Assembly (NCBI GenBank): GCA_041395225.1
Contig: JAWLAV010000015.1
Coordinates: 2,892-66,891 of the forward strand
Reading direction: 5' to 3'
DNA: 64,000 nt
Origin: Lysobacteraceae bacterium
Lineage (GTDB): Bacteria > Pseudomonadota > Gammaproteobacteria > Xanthomonadales > Xanthomonadaceae
The notes below the pieces were generated by a model. The model was given only the letters and a program-made list of their open reading frames with translations, made no database searches and was not told the DNA's origin. This document shows, one piece after another, positions 1-8,780 of this stretch. The position numbers and the translations under genes were made by a program. Positions within the stretch are counted from its first letter, which is position 1. Each line of letters starts with the position of its first letter.

Positions 1-400
1 GCAAACCCGTGGTCAACCACCAGGTTTTGCGGGCTTCGTCCCATTGCCATATCTGGCGATCGGTGACGACGCGCTCGGCCTGCGTATGTTCGTTCACCAG
101 TCGAATCTCCACGATCTGGCCGATGCGGTTCTCGTCGAACTGCTCGCTGCCTTTCACGTCGTAGCCGGTGATGCGCACCTGCTCGAAGCGGGCGCGATCC
201 AGCGCGGTGAAGGGATGTTTTTCCAGATACGCCGGATCGACCAGGGTAAGCGCATCGTCGATCTGGCCCCAGCGGATCGCCCCGCCATAAACGTAAAGTG
301 CGTGGTCGCGCAGATCGTTGCGGGAACCGCCGCCGGAGCAGGCGGCGAGCAGCACCAGCAGGAGGCAGGCCGGAAAGGAACGGAAGAAGGAGGACGACAT
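1..400 (-). CDS. Lipoprotein of unknown function (partial; C-terminal end lies beyond the window start)
   Basis: Absent from the ORF track because there is no stop in the window. A reverse-strand ATG at 400..398 gives MSSSFFRSFPACLLLVLLAACSGGGSRNDLRDHALYVYGGAIRWGQIDD... with a lipobox (LLAAC) and G/C-rich third positions. The frame is open to position 1. A 10-nt gap separates it from the upstream esterase stop. Confidence 0.6.
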   Translation of the reverse strand, partial: MSSSFFRSFPACLLLVLLAACSGGGSRNDLRDHALYVYGGAIRWGQIDDALTLVDPAYLEKHPFTALDRARFEQVRITGYDVKGSEQFDENRIGQIVEIRLVNEHTQAERVVTDRQIWQWDEARKTWWLTTGL

Positions 401-410
401 GCGCGTATTT

Positions 411-1388
411 TCACCGATCAAGAGAAGATTTGTCTGCACGCCGCCGGGGCGGTCGCGCGGGCGTGTGAAGATGCTGGAACGGACACAGGAAATCCCAGGT
501 GGCGTTGAAATCGGCAAGGAAGATTTCATGTCCGCCGTTGAGCGCGGCCCATTCCACCGATTCGCCCGCCACCCAGCCGCGCGCGGCGAATCGGTTGTAG
601 TTGGATTGCATGGTATGGAAGTACGGATCAGTCACGCCCACGCGCAGCGTTACCGGAATCTTGCGTGGAGCCGCATCCAGCAGCGCATTGCAACTGGTTA
701 CCGAGTTGCAGGCATAGGCTTCCAGCACACCGGCGGCCACGGCATAGGCGGCGAAGGTGTCGCTGCCCAGGTTTGGAAGATGCTGGTTCAACGCGATGTC
801 GTGCAGCACATGCCCGCCCGCCGAAAAGCCCCAGCCGTGGATGCGCGAGCGGTCGATGTTGTAGTGCGCGGCCAGGTCTTCCAGTACGGCAGCCATCGTG
901 TAGTAATCGCGGTCCGGCAACCAACCGCCGCCGCTGCCGGTGGAAATCGGCGCGACCACGATGAACTCACGCGCCTCAGCCACGTCCTTCCAGGCATCGC
1001 GCAGCAACCGGGCATTGCTGGTTGCAGTGCCCGCCCCGCCTGCACCGTGCAGCACCAGCAACACCGGCAGTGCTTTCGTGGGGGAATGGGTTTCCGGAAC
1101 GTAGGCGAAATACGTGCGCAATACCGGCGGCGAACCCACCAGCACGGTACGCGCCACCGCACCGGGAAACGCACCGCCTGACCCACGCGAAGGCTCCTGC
1201 CGGAACAGCGGTCGCGAAGGCTCGGTGCAACGCACTCCGGCGCGCAGGCAGGCAAATTCTTCCGGTGGCGGCGGCAACGCCTGATTGCACGCCCATGCAG
1301 GCACTTGGCTCACGTCTGCCGCGTGTGTGGGGACTGTCGGCAGCAACGCAAACAGCAGGGTTGCGATGAGTTTGGTGGAGTGGAGCAT
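411..1388 (-). CDS. Secreted alpha/beta esterase, PHB-depolymerase family-like
   Basis: Signal peptide MLHSTKLIATLLFALLPTVPTHA, an LVLHGAGG block and a GFSAGG nucleophile elbow (G-x-S-x-G). The overall pattern matches the polyhydroxybutyrate depolymerase/esterase family. Confidence 0.7.
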   Translation of the reverse strand: MLHSTKLIATLLFALLPTVPTHAADVSQVPAWACNQALPPPPEEFACLRAGVRCTEPSRPLFRQEPSRGSGGAFPGAVARTVLVGSPPVLRTYFAYVPETHSPTKALPVLLVLHGAGGAGTATSNARLLRDAWKDVAEAREFIVVAPISTGSGGGWLPDRDYYTMAAVLEDLAAHYNIDRSRIHGWGFSAGGHVLHDIALNQHLPNLGSDTFAAYAVAAGVLEAYACNSVTSCNALLDAAPRKIPVTLRVGVTDPYFHTMQSNYNRFAARGWVAGESVEWAALNGGHEIFLADFNATWDFLCPFQHLHTPARPPRRRADKSSLDR

Positions 1389-1568
1389 GGTTGTTTCGGG
1401 GCATTGCAGATGGCGTTACGTTACTCCCTTGGGCGTGTTGTTGCGGAAACCATGGGATGGGCTCTTCGGGAGCTTTCGGTCGCTTCACACTTGGACACAA
1501 GAAAAGGCAATGCGGGCGCGTGCAACCGAAACATCTTGAGTTTTCCGGAAAGCAAATAAACTGATCGG

Positions 1569-2321
1569 ATGATTTCCTTACTCCGCCCGTCCGCCGCATT
1601 GCTGCTCGCCATCGCGCTGTTTCCTTTGCACGCATCCGCACAGGGAGCTCAAACCCCGTGGCCCGATGAACAAGGCATGGTGCAACGCCTGGCCGCCTGC
1701 GCCGCCTGTCATGGGTCGCGCGGGGAAGGCGCGCCGGGTGCGGAGTATTTCCCGCATCTGGCGGGCAAACCGGCGGGGTATCTGTTTGCGCAGATGCAAG
1801 GCTTCCGCGATGGGCGTCGGCATTACCCGCAGATGGTTTATCTGATGCGCAACTGGAACGATGCATGGCTTTCGCGGATCGCTTTGTTCTACGCAGCCCA
1901 GCCGATTCCGGAACTGCATTCGCAAGCCGCCGGAAAACTCGATGCGCAAGGCGCGGCGCGTGCGAACACCTTGGTGCGCGAAGGCGATGCGCAAGCGGGA
2001 TTGCCGCCGTGCGCCGCCTGCCATGGGGAAAAACTGGAAGGCCTGGAACCGGGCATTCCGGCGCTCGCGGGGTTGCCCATGGATTACCTCATCGCCCAAC
2101 TCGGTGGCTGGCTTACCGGTGCGCGCCATTCGCTTGCGCCTGATTGCATGGCGCAGATCGTGAGCAAGCTGCAACCGGGCGATATCCGTCTGGTGGCGAC
2201 GTATCTTTCCGCATTGCCCGCCACGCCTGAAGATCGGCCTGCGCCGGAAGGCAGTCGTGAACCGCCGCTGGCATGTGGTGGCATCGGGCAGTTCGATGCA
2301 GCACCGCAGGCATCGCCATGA
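1569..2321 (+). CDS. Dihaem c-type cytochrome (cytochrome c4-like)
   Basis: Signal peptide plus two CxxCH motifs (CAACHG twice). The stop overlaps the next start (ATGA at 2318-2321). Confidence 0.8.
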   Translation: MISLLRPSAALLLAIALFPLHASAQGAQTPWPDEQGMVQRLAACAACHGSRGEGAPGAEYFPHLAGKPAGYLFAQMQGFRDGRRHYPQMVYLMRNWNDAWLSRIALFYAAQPIPELHSQAAGKLDAQGAARANTLVREGDAQAGLPPCAACHGEKLEGLEPGIPALAGLPMDYLIAQLGGWLTGARHSLAPDCMAQIVSKLQPGDIRLVATYLSALPATPEDRPAPEGSREPPLACGGIGQFDAAPQASP

Positions 2322-3616
2322 ACGCGCCGCGCCGTCGTGTTTCGCCCATGGCGCTGTTCGCGCTGGTGCCGTTGCTGCCGCTGTTCGTCATCGGTTGGGT
2401 ACTGGTGAACGCGCAAGGCGGCATCGGCGTGCTTTCCGCACCGCGTGATGGAGAAACTTCCATCGCCAGCGATGCGGCCACGTTGCAGCGCGGTGAATAT
2501 CTGGCGCGGTTGGGCAACTGCACCACCTGCCACACCACGCGCGGCGGTGCGGAACTGGCGGGCGGGCGCGCGTTCTCCACGGACTACGGCACGATTCATT
2601 CCACCAATCTCACGCCCGATGCGGCCACCGGCATCGGCGAATGGTCGGTGCAGGAGTTCGGCCACGCAATGCGCCACGGTGTCAGCCGCCACGGCCTGCT
2701 GTATCCGGTGTTCCCGTTCCAGAACTTCCAGCACCTCACCGATGCGGACGTGGATGCGATCTTCGCGTGGTTGCGTTCGCGCCCTGCCATTGCGCAGGCC
2801 ACACCCGCGAACACGCTGGCGTTCCCCGCAAGTTCGCGCGCGATGGTGCTGGGCTGGCGGATGCTGTTCCATCGCCCGCAGCCGTTGGTCGAAGATGTTT
2901 CGCGCAGTGCGCAATGGAACCGTGGCCGGTATCTGGTGGAAGGCCTGGGCCACTGCGACATGTGCCACGGCGAACGCGCGGAGTTCGGTTCGTTGCCTTC
3001 CGATCGCCGCAATGCAGGCGGCACGATTCCCGGCCTTGGCTGGCGCGCGCCGCCGCTGGATCAGGACGCACTTTCGCGCTGGAGCCAGGACGAACTGGCG
3101 TACTACCTGCGCGCAGGCACCGGGAAGCACGGCAGTGCCTACGGCCCGATGGCCGAAGTGATCGCTTCCAGCCTGCAATATCTGGAACCTGCCGATGCGC
3201 AAGCGATGGCGGCGTACCTGCAATCGCTGCCGCCCGCGCGCATCCATCGCGTGCCGGTTCGCCAGCCGCAGGCCAGTGCGAGTGTCGGCCCGGCTTCCAT
3301 CGCGCTGTACGAACGCCACTGCGCCGATTGCCACGGCAGCAAGGGCGAAGGTGGCGAGCGCGCTCCGCCGCTGGCGGGCAATCCGCAGGTGACGGCGGAA
3401 GATCCCGTGAACCCGATCCGCGTGGTGCTCTACGGTGCCGCCGCGCCTGCCACGCGCGCCGAACCTGCACCGCATTCCATGCCGCCGTTCGTGGATCGGA
3501 TTTCCGATGCGGACATCGCGCTGTTGCTGAACCACATTCGCGGCAGCTTCGGCAATCAGGCCGCCGCCGTGAGCCGCGAACAACTGAGCGCGGCGCGCAC
3601 GCTGCCGCTGGAATGA
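2318..3616 (+). CDS. Trihaem c-type cytochrome (dehydrogenase cytochrome c subunit-like)
   Basis: Track ORF 2273..3616 trimmed to ATG 2318 (MNAPRRRVSPMALFALVPLL..., N-terminal membrane anchor). Three CxxCH motifs are present (CTTCH, CDMCH, CADCH). Confidence 0.8.
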   Translation: MNAPRRRVSPMALFALVPLLPLFVIGWVLVNAQGGIGVLSAPRDGETSIASDAATLQRGEYLARLGNCTTCHTTRGGAELAGGRAFSTDYGTIHSTNLTPDAATGIGEWSVQEFGHAMRHGVSRHGLLYPVFPFQNFQHLTDADVDAIFAWLRSRPAIAQATPANTLAFPASSRAMVLGWRMLFHRPQPLVEDVSRSAQWNRGRYLVEGLGHCDMCHGERAEFGSLPSDRRNAGGTIPGLGWRAPPLDQDALSRWSQDELAYYLRAGTGKHGSAYGPMAEVIASSLQYLEPADAQAMAAYLQSLPPARIHRVPVRQPQASASVGPASIALYERHCADCHGSKGEGGERAPPLAGNPQVTAEDPVNPIRVVLYGAAAPATRAEPAPHSMPPFVDRISDADIALLLNHIRGSFGNQAAAVSREQLSAARTLPLE

Positions 3617-4809
3617 GCCAACGTCTGGCCATCGCCATCGTCGGCTATGGCACCGCCGGGCAGGCTGCGCGGTTGTACCTGCAACGCGCCGGACACCTCA
3701 TCGAACATTTCGAGCAGGCATCACGGCTGGAACCGGTCGGCGCCGGATTCCTGCTGCAACCTACCGGCTTGGCCGTGCTCGATGATCTGGGTCTGGGAGA
3801 AGCCGCCCGTACCTGCGGCGCGCGCATCGCGCGGCTGTATGGGGAAAACGAACACGGCAAGCGCATCATGGACATGCGCTATGCCGAACTTGCGAGTGAT
3901 TGGCATGGCCTGGGAATGCAACGTGGTGCGCTGTTTGAACTGCTGCGCAGCGCGGATGCTTCCGCACACAATGTGCGAACCGATGCGCGCATTGCCGCCA
4001 TCGATGCACAAGCTGGAACCCTGCGCGACGAACACGGGCAGGTGCACGGCCCGTTCGATCTCATCGTGCTGGCCGCCGGTGCGCATTCGCCGTTGCGCGC
4101 CATCCTCGGCGATGCCGTGCGGCGAGAGCGCGTGTATCCGTGGGGTGCGATCTGGTGCCTCGCCGACGATGTGCACGGTCGCTTCGGCTGCGATCTGGAA
4201 CAACGCTACCGCCGCGCGCGGGAAATGATTGGCGTGTTGCCGGTCGGTTCCCTGCCCGGGGATTCCGCGCGCCGCGCGAGCATTTATTGGAGCGTGCGCG
4301 CTGCCGAGCAGGAAGCCACCCTCGCCGCAGGCATCGAACCCTTGCGCGAACGCTTTGCGGCGCTGTGGCCGGATGCAGCGGCACTGCTCGACAACATGCA
4401 AGACCTTTCTGCGTGGCGACGCGCGACGTACCGCGATGTATCGGTTTCCAAACCGTACCAAGGCCGCGTGGTACTGATCGGCGACGTGGCCCATGGCATG
4501 AGTCCGCAGCTTGGACAGGGTGCGAACATGGCGCTGCTCGATGCACAGGCACTGGCGCACGCCTTGGTCGAGCACCAACACATCGAAACCGCCTTCGCCG
4601 CCTACGCGAAAATCCGCGCGCAGCACCTGCGCATCTACCAGTTCCTCAGCCGCTGGCTGACGCCGCTGTTTCAATCCGACTCCGACGCACTGGCATGGTG
4701 GCGCGACCTGCTGTTCCTGCCCGCCAGCCGCCTCCCCATCTCGCGCGGGGAATCGTTGAAGGTATTGACGGGCATTAAACGCGGATGGTTCGGGCGGTTG
4801 AAGGTGTAG
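3613..4809 (+). CDS. FAD-dependent monooxygenase (UbiH/salicylate hydroxylase class)
   Basis: Track ORF 2641..4809 trimmed to ATG 3613, which forms an ATGA overlap with the upstream stop. MSQRLAIAIVGYGTAGQAA is a GxGxxG FAD fold. LIGDVAHGMSPQLGQGANMALLDA is the flavoprotein monooxygenase fingerprint. Confidence 0.85.
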   Translation: MSQRLAIAIVGYGTAGQAARLYLQRAGHLIEHFEQASRLEPVGAGFLLQPTGLAVLDDLGLGEAARTCGARIARLYGENEHGKRIMDMRYAELASDWHGLGMQRGALFELLRSADASAHNVRTDARIAAIDAQAGTLRDEHGQVHGPFDLIVLAAGAHSPLRAILGDAVRRERVYPWGAIWCLADDVHGRFGCDLEQRYRRAREMIGVLPVGSLPGDSARRASIYWSVRAAEQEATLAAGIEPLRERFAALWPDAAALLDNMQDLSAWRRATYRDVSVSKPYQGRVVLIGDVAHGMSPQLGQGANMALLDAQALAHALVEHQHIETAFAAYAKIRAQHLRIYQFLSRWLTPLFQSDSDALAWWRDLLFLPASRLPISRGESLKVLTGIKRGWFGRLKV

Positions 4810-5087
4810 GGCGGAGGATTGAGACGTTTCGCTTCCTGATTGGCGCGCCAATTGTTGGCTATAACATCGCAGTCTCGCGCATCCACGACATCCGCATCGT
4901 AGTAGTGTCGCTGCAATATTGTGTACGAGAATCGTAGTCGGCGGATCGGGGTTTCAGCCGGTTTCCGCAGGTGGTAGTGAGGAACCGCCCTGTAGGGAAG
5001 TCTGGGAAAATCGTCGTCAATACACTGAATTGTCGCTGACAGCAGTGGCGCAGTTGCTGGTTCGGCGATTCTAGCCTTCCGTCAAGT

Positions 5088-6011
5088 TCAATGCTTCCTG
5101 CCGGATGCTAACTCAGTTCCAACCGCCACACCATGCGCCCGCAAGGATTCCAGAAACTCGCCAATCCCGTCCGTCACATGCACGAAGTTCTGCATCGTCT
5201 GAACCACATGCTCGGCGATGAACGGGGCGGCGGGGATGTCGCAGGCGGCGACGATGCCGTCGCGGTGCAGGTAGAAGCGAATCATGCCGTATCGTTTGTT
5301 GAGATCGTTGAGGAAGGCCAATACCTCGCGGGAATCTTCGACTTCGCGAATGAGTAACGCGCGGAATTCGATGGTTGCGGGCGAATCCGTCAGTCGAATG
5401 GAAATCGCGGTCTTTCCATGCGTGACGCCGATAGTGCCGTCGTCGTCGAAGTCCAGATCGCTCAGTCCGGTGATGACGCGCATGCCCTGCAACAGCATGT
5501 CTGCCAGTTCCGCCATCACGGCTTGCGGATTGCGACTGGCGCGCCGCAGGTTCAATTCAGCGCAGATCGTTTCATTGCCTGCCTCATCGAAAGCGTCGTA
5601 TTCGAGGAAGATCGGGCTTGGTACATCGAAGACTTCGCGCAAGGTGCGAACCGCCATTTCCGCCACTTGATCCAGATTGGCGTTTGGCTGGAAATCGCGG
5701 AAATAATTGGGCGAACCCTCCGGATCGTTCTCCGGTGTGGATTGTGCCGGGCCGTTCGTGGGCGGCAACCATCCCAGTGCCTTCAGTTTGCCGATGGCGG
5801 TGAGGTCGAGTCTGTCCTCGCCGCGCAGATAAGCATTGCTGGTGGCTTCGGCGCGCAGGCCATGCCCGCCCTGCGCCGCGAATTGCACGAAGCGACCGCT
5901 GCGCTTCACCAAGATCACGAGAAAATCGTCCTCGTTCATGCGCACCAAGGCGCGGGTCAAGCGCCGCGCCAGATCGGCCCACACCGCGATATCGAGCGTA
6001 TCCATGTTCAT
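5088..6011 (-). CDS. Two-domain YbjN / type III secretion chaperone-like protein
   Basis: The C-terminal half (DLDFDDDGTIGVTHGKTAISIRL...FRALLIREV...LAFLNDLNKRYGMIRFYLHRDGIVAACDIPA) fits the YbjN-family pattern. The N-terminal half looks like a second, more degenerate copy. This is motif recognition only. The gene is visibly lower in G+C than its neighbours. Confidence 0.55.
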   Translation of the reverse strand: MNMDTLDIAVWADLARRLTRALVRMNEDDFLVILVKRSGRFVQFAAQGGHGLRAEATSNAYLRGEDRLDLTAIGKLKALGWLPPTNGPAQSTPENDPEGSPNYFRDFQPNANLDQVAEMAVRTLREVFDVPSPIFLEYDAFDEAGNETICAELNLRRASRNPQAVMAELADMLLQGMRVITGLSDLDFDDDGTIGVTHGKTAISIRLTDSPATIEFRALLIREVEDSREVLAFLNDLNKRYGMIRFYLHRDGIVAACDIPAAPFIAEHVVQTMQNFVHVTDGIGEFLESLRAHGVAVGTELASGRKH

Positions 6012-6077
6012 GTGCGTTGCTCCCCGTATCCGACACCAATACGAAGCACGAGGAATTCGTCGGTTGTTCTGGTCATT

Positions 6078-7211
6078 TCAATGCTCCGGATAACGTTCAA
6101 AAAAATCGCCGACGCCGGGCAAATCGCTGTCGTCGCCATCGAGCAACGGCGCAATCGTCAGATCGTCCGCCACTTGTTCAATTATTTGCCGCAACTCCAG
6201 CGATTTCAGCCAGCGTGCCGGGATCGCGTCCATTCCGTGCATCGCGCCGAGCAGGTTTCCCGCGATGGAGCCGGTGGAATCGCTGTCGCCGCCGTGGTTG
6301 ACGGCCAGTATCACGCCGGTTTCAAGATTGGGTGCGACGAGTGCGGCATAGAGGCCGATGGCAAGCGCTTCTTCGGCAACCCAGCCCTGGCCAAGTTCGG
6401 GCGGAATGGTTTCAGGTTCGGGAAACGCGGCGGCCAATTCGAGGGCGTGTTCGACCGCGCGCAAGGTTTCTTCGTGATTGGAGTGGGTTCGCAGTATCGC
6501 GCTGCCGCGTTCGAGGGCTTCGGGCAGCGCGACGCCGTGAACAGTTTGCGCGATCATGGCGGAAAACAAACCTGCCGGAAGTTGCCCGCTGGGATGGCCG
6601 TGCGTGATCGCGGCGGCGTCCACGCCGCAGCGGAACGCATCGTGCAGGCGCAATTCGCACGTGGGATCGGTTTGTTTTTCGGCGGCGAACCACAACCCGA
6701 TGGGCGCCACCCGCATCACGCCGCCGCAGCCTTTGCTGTTGTTCGCCGCGCGTTCGCCAAGCGACTTCATTTCCCGTAGTGTGGAAAGGCAGGTGTTGCC
6801 GGGCGCGCGCAGCGCATGAAGCTCCGGTATGCGGATAAGCCATCCGTCCGGGTTGTTGCCGTGCAGCGGGTGTGGCTCATCTTGTGTTTTCAGCCAGCGC
6901 AGATAGGCGTTGGCGATGACGCTCGGCGGGTGGCAGATGCCCTTGCCAAGCCAGCGCGAGTACGCGCGCAACATGCCTTCGGCGGTGAACAGCGTCATCT
7001 GGGTGTCGTCGGTGATCGCGCCGATGCGACCATAGGCCGGGGCGAAATCGCGGATGCCGCCCGCGCCGAAGCGTTTGCGGATATCGCTCAATGCGAGAAA
7101 TTCGACCGCGCCGCCGAGCGCATCGCCCGCCGCTCCCGCGAGCAGGCAGGCGCGGGTGCGATCCCGCACGGTTGGATCGATGCGACTGGCAGGCACTTCT
7201 GGCTTCGTCAT
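6078..7211 (-). CDS. ADP-ribosylglycohydrolase family protein
   Basis: Track ORF 6078..7262 trimmed to ATG 7211 (MTKPEVPAS...). LLAGAAGDALGGAVEF near the N-terminus and NHGGDSDSTGSIAGNLLGA near the C-terminus are the two signature metal-binding blocks of the DraG/ARH family. Confidence 0.85.
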   Translation of the reverse strand: MTKPEVPASRIDPTVRDRTRACLLAGAAGDALGGAVEFLALSDIRKRFGAGGIRDFAPAYGRIGAITDDTQMTLFTAEGMLRAYSRWLGKGICHPPSVIANAYLRWLKTQDEPHPLHGNNPDGWLIRIPELHALRAPGNTCLSTLREMKSLGERAANNSKGCGGVMRVAPIGLWFAAEKQTDPTCELRLHDAFRCGVDAAAITHGHPSGQLPAGLFSAMIAQTVHGVALPEALERGSAILRTHSNHEETLRAVEHALELAAAFPEPETIPPELGQGWVAEEALAIGLYAALVAPNLETGVILAVNHGGDSDSTGSIAGNLLGAMHGMDAIPARWLKSLELRQIIEQVADDLTIAPLLDGDDSDLPGVGDFFERYPEH

Positions 7212-7332
7212 GGAAACCCCGCAGGTTGGAAAAGGGGAAACGCCATCTTGCCGTATGTCCATCTCACGGATTGAGACTGGAACGGGATGGATGAGGGGCG
7301 CTGAATGCCACCGTCCATGCCGAACTCGAGTG

Positions 7333-7489
7333 CATCGAAACCAGTTTCGCCGCTTACGCCAAAGTCCACGCGTAGCACCTGCGTATCTACCAGTTCCTGC
7401 CTGCCAGTCGCTTGCAGGTGTCGAGTGGGGAATCGCTGAAGGTGCTAATGGGCATCAAGCGCGGGTGGTTCGGACGCTTGAAGGTGTAG
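7333..7489 (+). pseudogene. Decayed duplicate of the 3' end of the FAD-monooxygenase gene
   Basis: Translates in frame as IETSFAAYAKVHA*HLRIYQFLPASRLQVSSGESLKVLMGIKRGWFGRLKV*. The intact gene end at 4578..4809 reads IETAFAAYAKIRAQHLRIYQFL[24 aa]PASRLPISRGESLKVLTGIKRGWFGRLKV*. The fragment has a CAG->TAG nonsense codon and a 72-nt in-frame deletion, and it ends at the same TAG stop context. Confidence 0.8.
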
Positions 7490-7583
7490 CGGCGCGGGCT
7501 CGGCTCATCCCGGCCTGTATGGCGGTGCGAACGCAGGCAACCGGGCGCGTGCATACTGGCCCCCCTTTGCCGGAGCCCGAATC

Positions 7584-8201
7584 ATGAGCCTGACCTTCTA
7601 TACCAACCCCATGTCCCGCGGCCAGATCGCACGCTGGATGCTGGAAGAAACCGGCCTGCCCTACGAGGAAGTCCTGCTCGACTACGGCACCACGATGAAA
7701 GCGCCCGAGTACCTGGCCATCAACCCGATGGGCAAGGTGCCCGCCCTGCGGCACGGCGATACCGTCGTCACCGAATCGGCCGCCATCTGCCTGTACCTGG
7801 CCGACCTCGTGCCGGAAAAACGCCTCGCCCCGCCGCCCGGCAGCCCCGAACGCGGCCCGTACTACCGCTGGATACTGTTCCTCGCCGGCCCGCTGGAAGC
7901 GGTATTGACCGCCAGGCATGCCGGCGCATTGGCCCCGCCCACCAGCGCAGGCTACGGTGCGGAAGGCGATGTGGTGCGTGTGCTGGAACAGGCCGTCAGC
8001 GGCAAAACCCATCTAGCTGGCGACCGCTTCACCGCCGCCGACCTGTTCATGACCGCATACCTGAGTTTCTACATGCAGTTCGGGATGCTCGAACGCCGCC
8101 CCGCGTTCGAGGCGTTCTGCGCGCACCATCTCAACCGCCCGGCAGGGCTGGCGGCGAAGGCGCGGGATGAGGCCTTGATTGCGGCGCAAAAGGCGACGTG
8201 A
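7584..8201 (+). CDS. Glutathione S-transferase
   Basis: N-terminal thioredoxin-like GST pattern (YTNPMSRGQIARWMLEE..., INPMGKVPAL, ESAAICLYLAD) followed by a helical C-terminal domain. Confidence 0.85.
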   Translation: MSLTFYTNPMSRGQIARWMLEETGLPYEEVLLDYGTTMKAPEYLAINPMGKVPALRHGDTVVTESAAICLYLADLVPEKRLAPPPGSPERGPYYRWILFLAGPLEAVLTARHAGALAPPTSAGYGAEGDVVRVLEQAVSGKTHLAGDRFTAADLFMTAYLSFYMQFGMLERRPAFEAFCAHHLNRPAGLAAKARDEALIAAQKAT

Positions 8202-8297
8202 TCGATGTGATCGCCGGATTCCACAGGGTGAGACGTGCGGCATTGTTTTTCCCGCGCGGCGCTAGAATCCGAAGTTCCCTCGTTCACGGTCATCGCA

Positions 8298-8780
8298 ATG
8301 TTCCATGTCGCGCCACTGCCCACCGAGAAGCCCGCCGCCTATGCAGAGCTTGCGCAACAGGCGCGGGCATTGCTGCATGGTGAGCGCGACCGCATTGCCA
8401 ATGCGGCCAATCTTTCCGCGCTGGTGTATCACGCGCTGCCGCAGCTGAACTGGGTGGGGTTCTATTTCTTCGACGGCAATGAATTGGTGGTCGGCCCGTT
8501 CCAGGGGCAGCCGGCTTGCGTGCGGATCGCGCTGGACAAGGGTGTCTGTGGTGCGGCGGCGACGTCGCGCACCACACAACGGGTGGAGGATGTATTGGCC
8601 TTCGCAGGTCACATCGCCTGCGATGCGGCATCCCGCTCCGAACTGGTGGTGCCGCTTTGTCGGGGCGATGAACTCATCGGCGTGTTCGATCTGGACAGCC
8701 CGGAACCGGGCCGTTTCACGCACGAGGATCAAACCGGGCTGGAAGCCATCGCCACGATTTACCTGGAGTCGATTGCATGA
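8298..8780 (+). CDS. msrC: GAF-domain free methionine-(R)-sulfoxide reductase
   Basis: Track ORF 8235..8780 trimmed to ATG 8298. NWVGFYFFDGNELVVGPFQGQPACVRIALDKGVCGAAA...HIACDAASRSELVVPL is closely collinear with E. coli YebR/MsrC. Confidence 0.85.
   Translation: MFHVAPLPTEKPAAYAELAQQARALLHGERDRIANAANLSALVYHALPQLNWVGFYFFDGNELVVGPFQGQPACVRIALDKGVCGAAATSRTTQRVEDVLAFAGHIACDAASRSELVVPLCRGDELIGVFDLDSPEPGRFTHEDQTGLEAIATIYLESIA

Noticed and set aside
2641-3612. The N-terminal 324 aa of the 722-aa track ORF 2641..4809.
   Set aside because: This part overlaps the trihaem cytochrome gene in another frame and is Arg/Pro-rich nonsense. The flavoprotein GxGxxG fold begins right after ATG 3613, which overlaps the cytochrome stop.
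4671-4916. An 81-aa minus-strand ORF spanning the spacer and the monooxygenase stop.
   Set aside because: It starts at TTG, runs antisense into the monooxygenase gene, and has no motif or RBS.
7054-7587. A 177-aa plus-strand ORF covering the ARH gene start and the pseudogene fragment.
   Set aside because: It is out of frame with the recognisable monooxygenase remnant and antisense to the ARH gene. Its product is an Arg/Pro-rich artefact.
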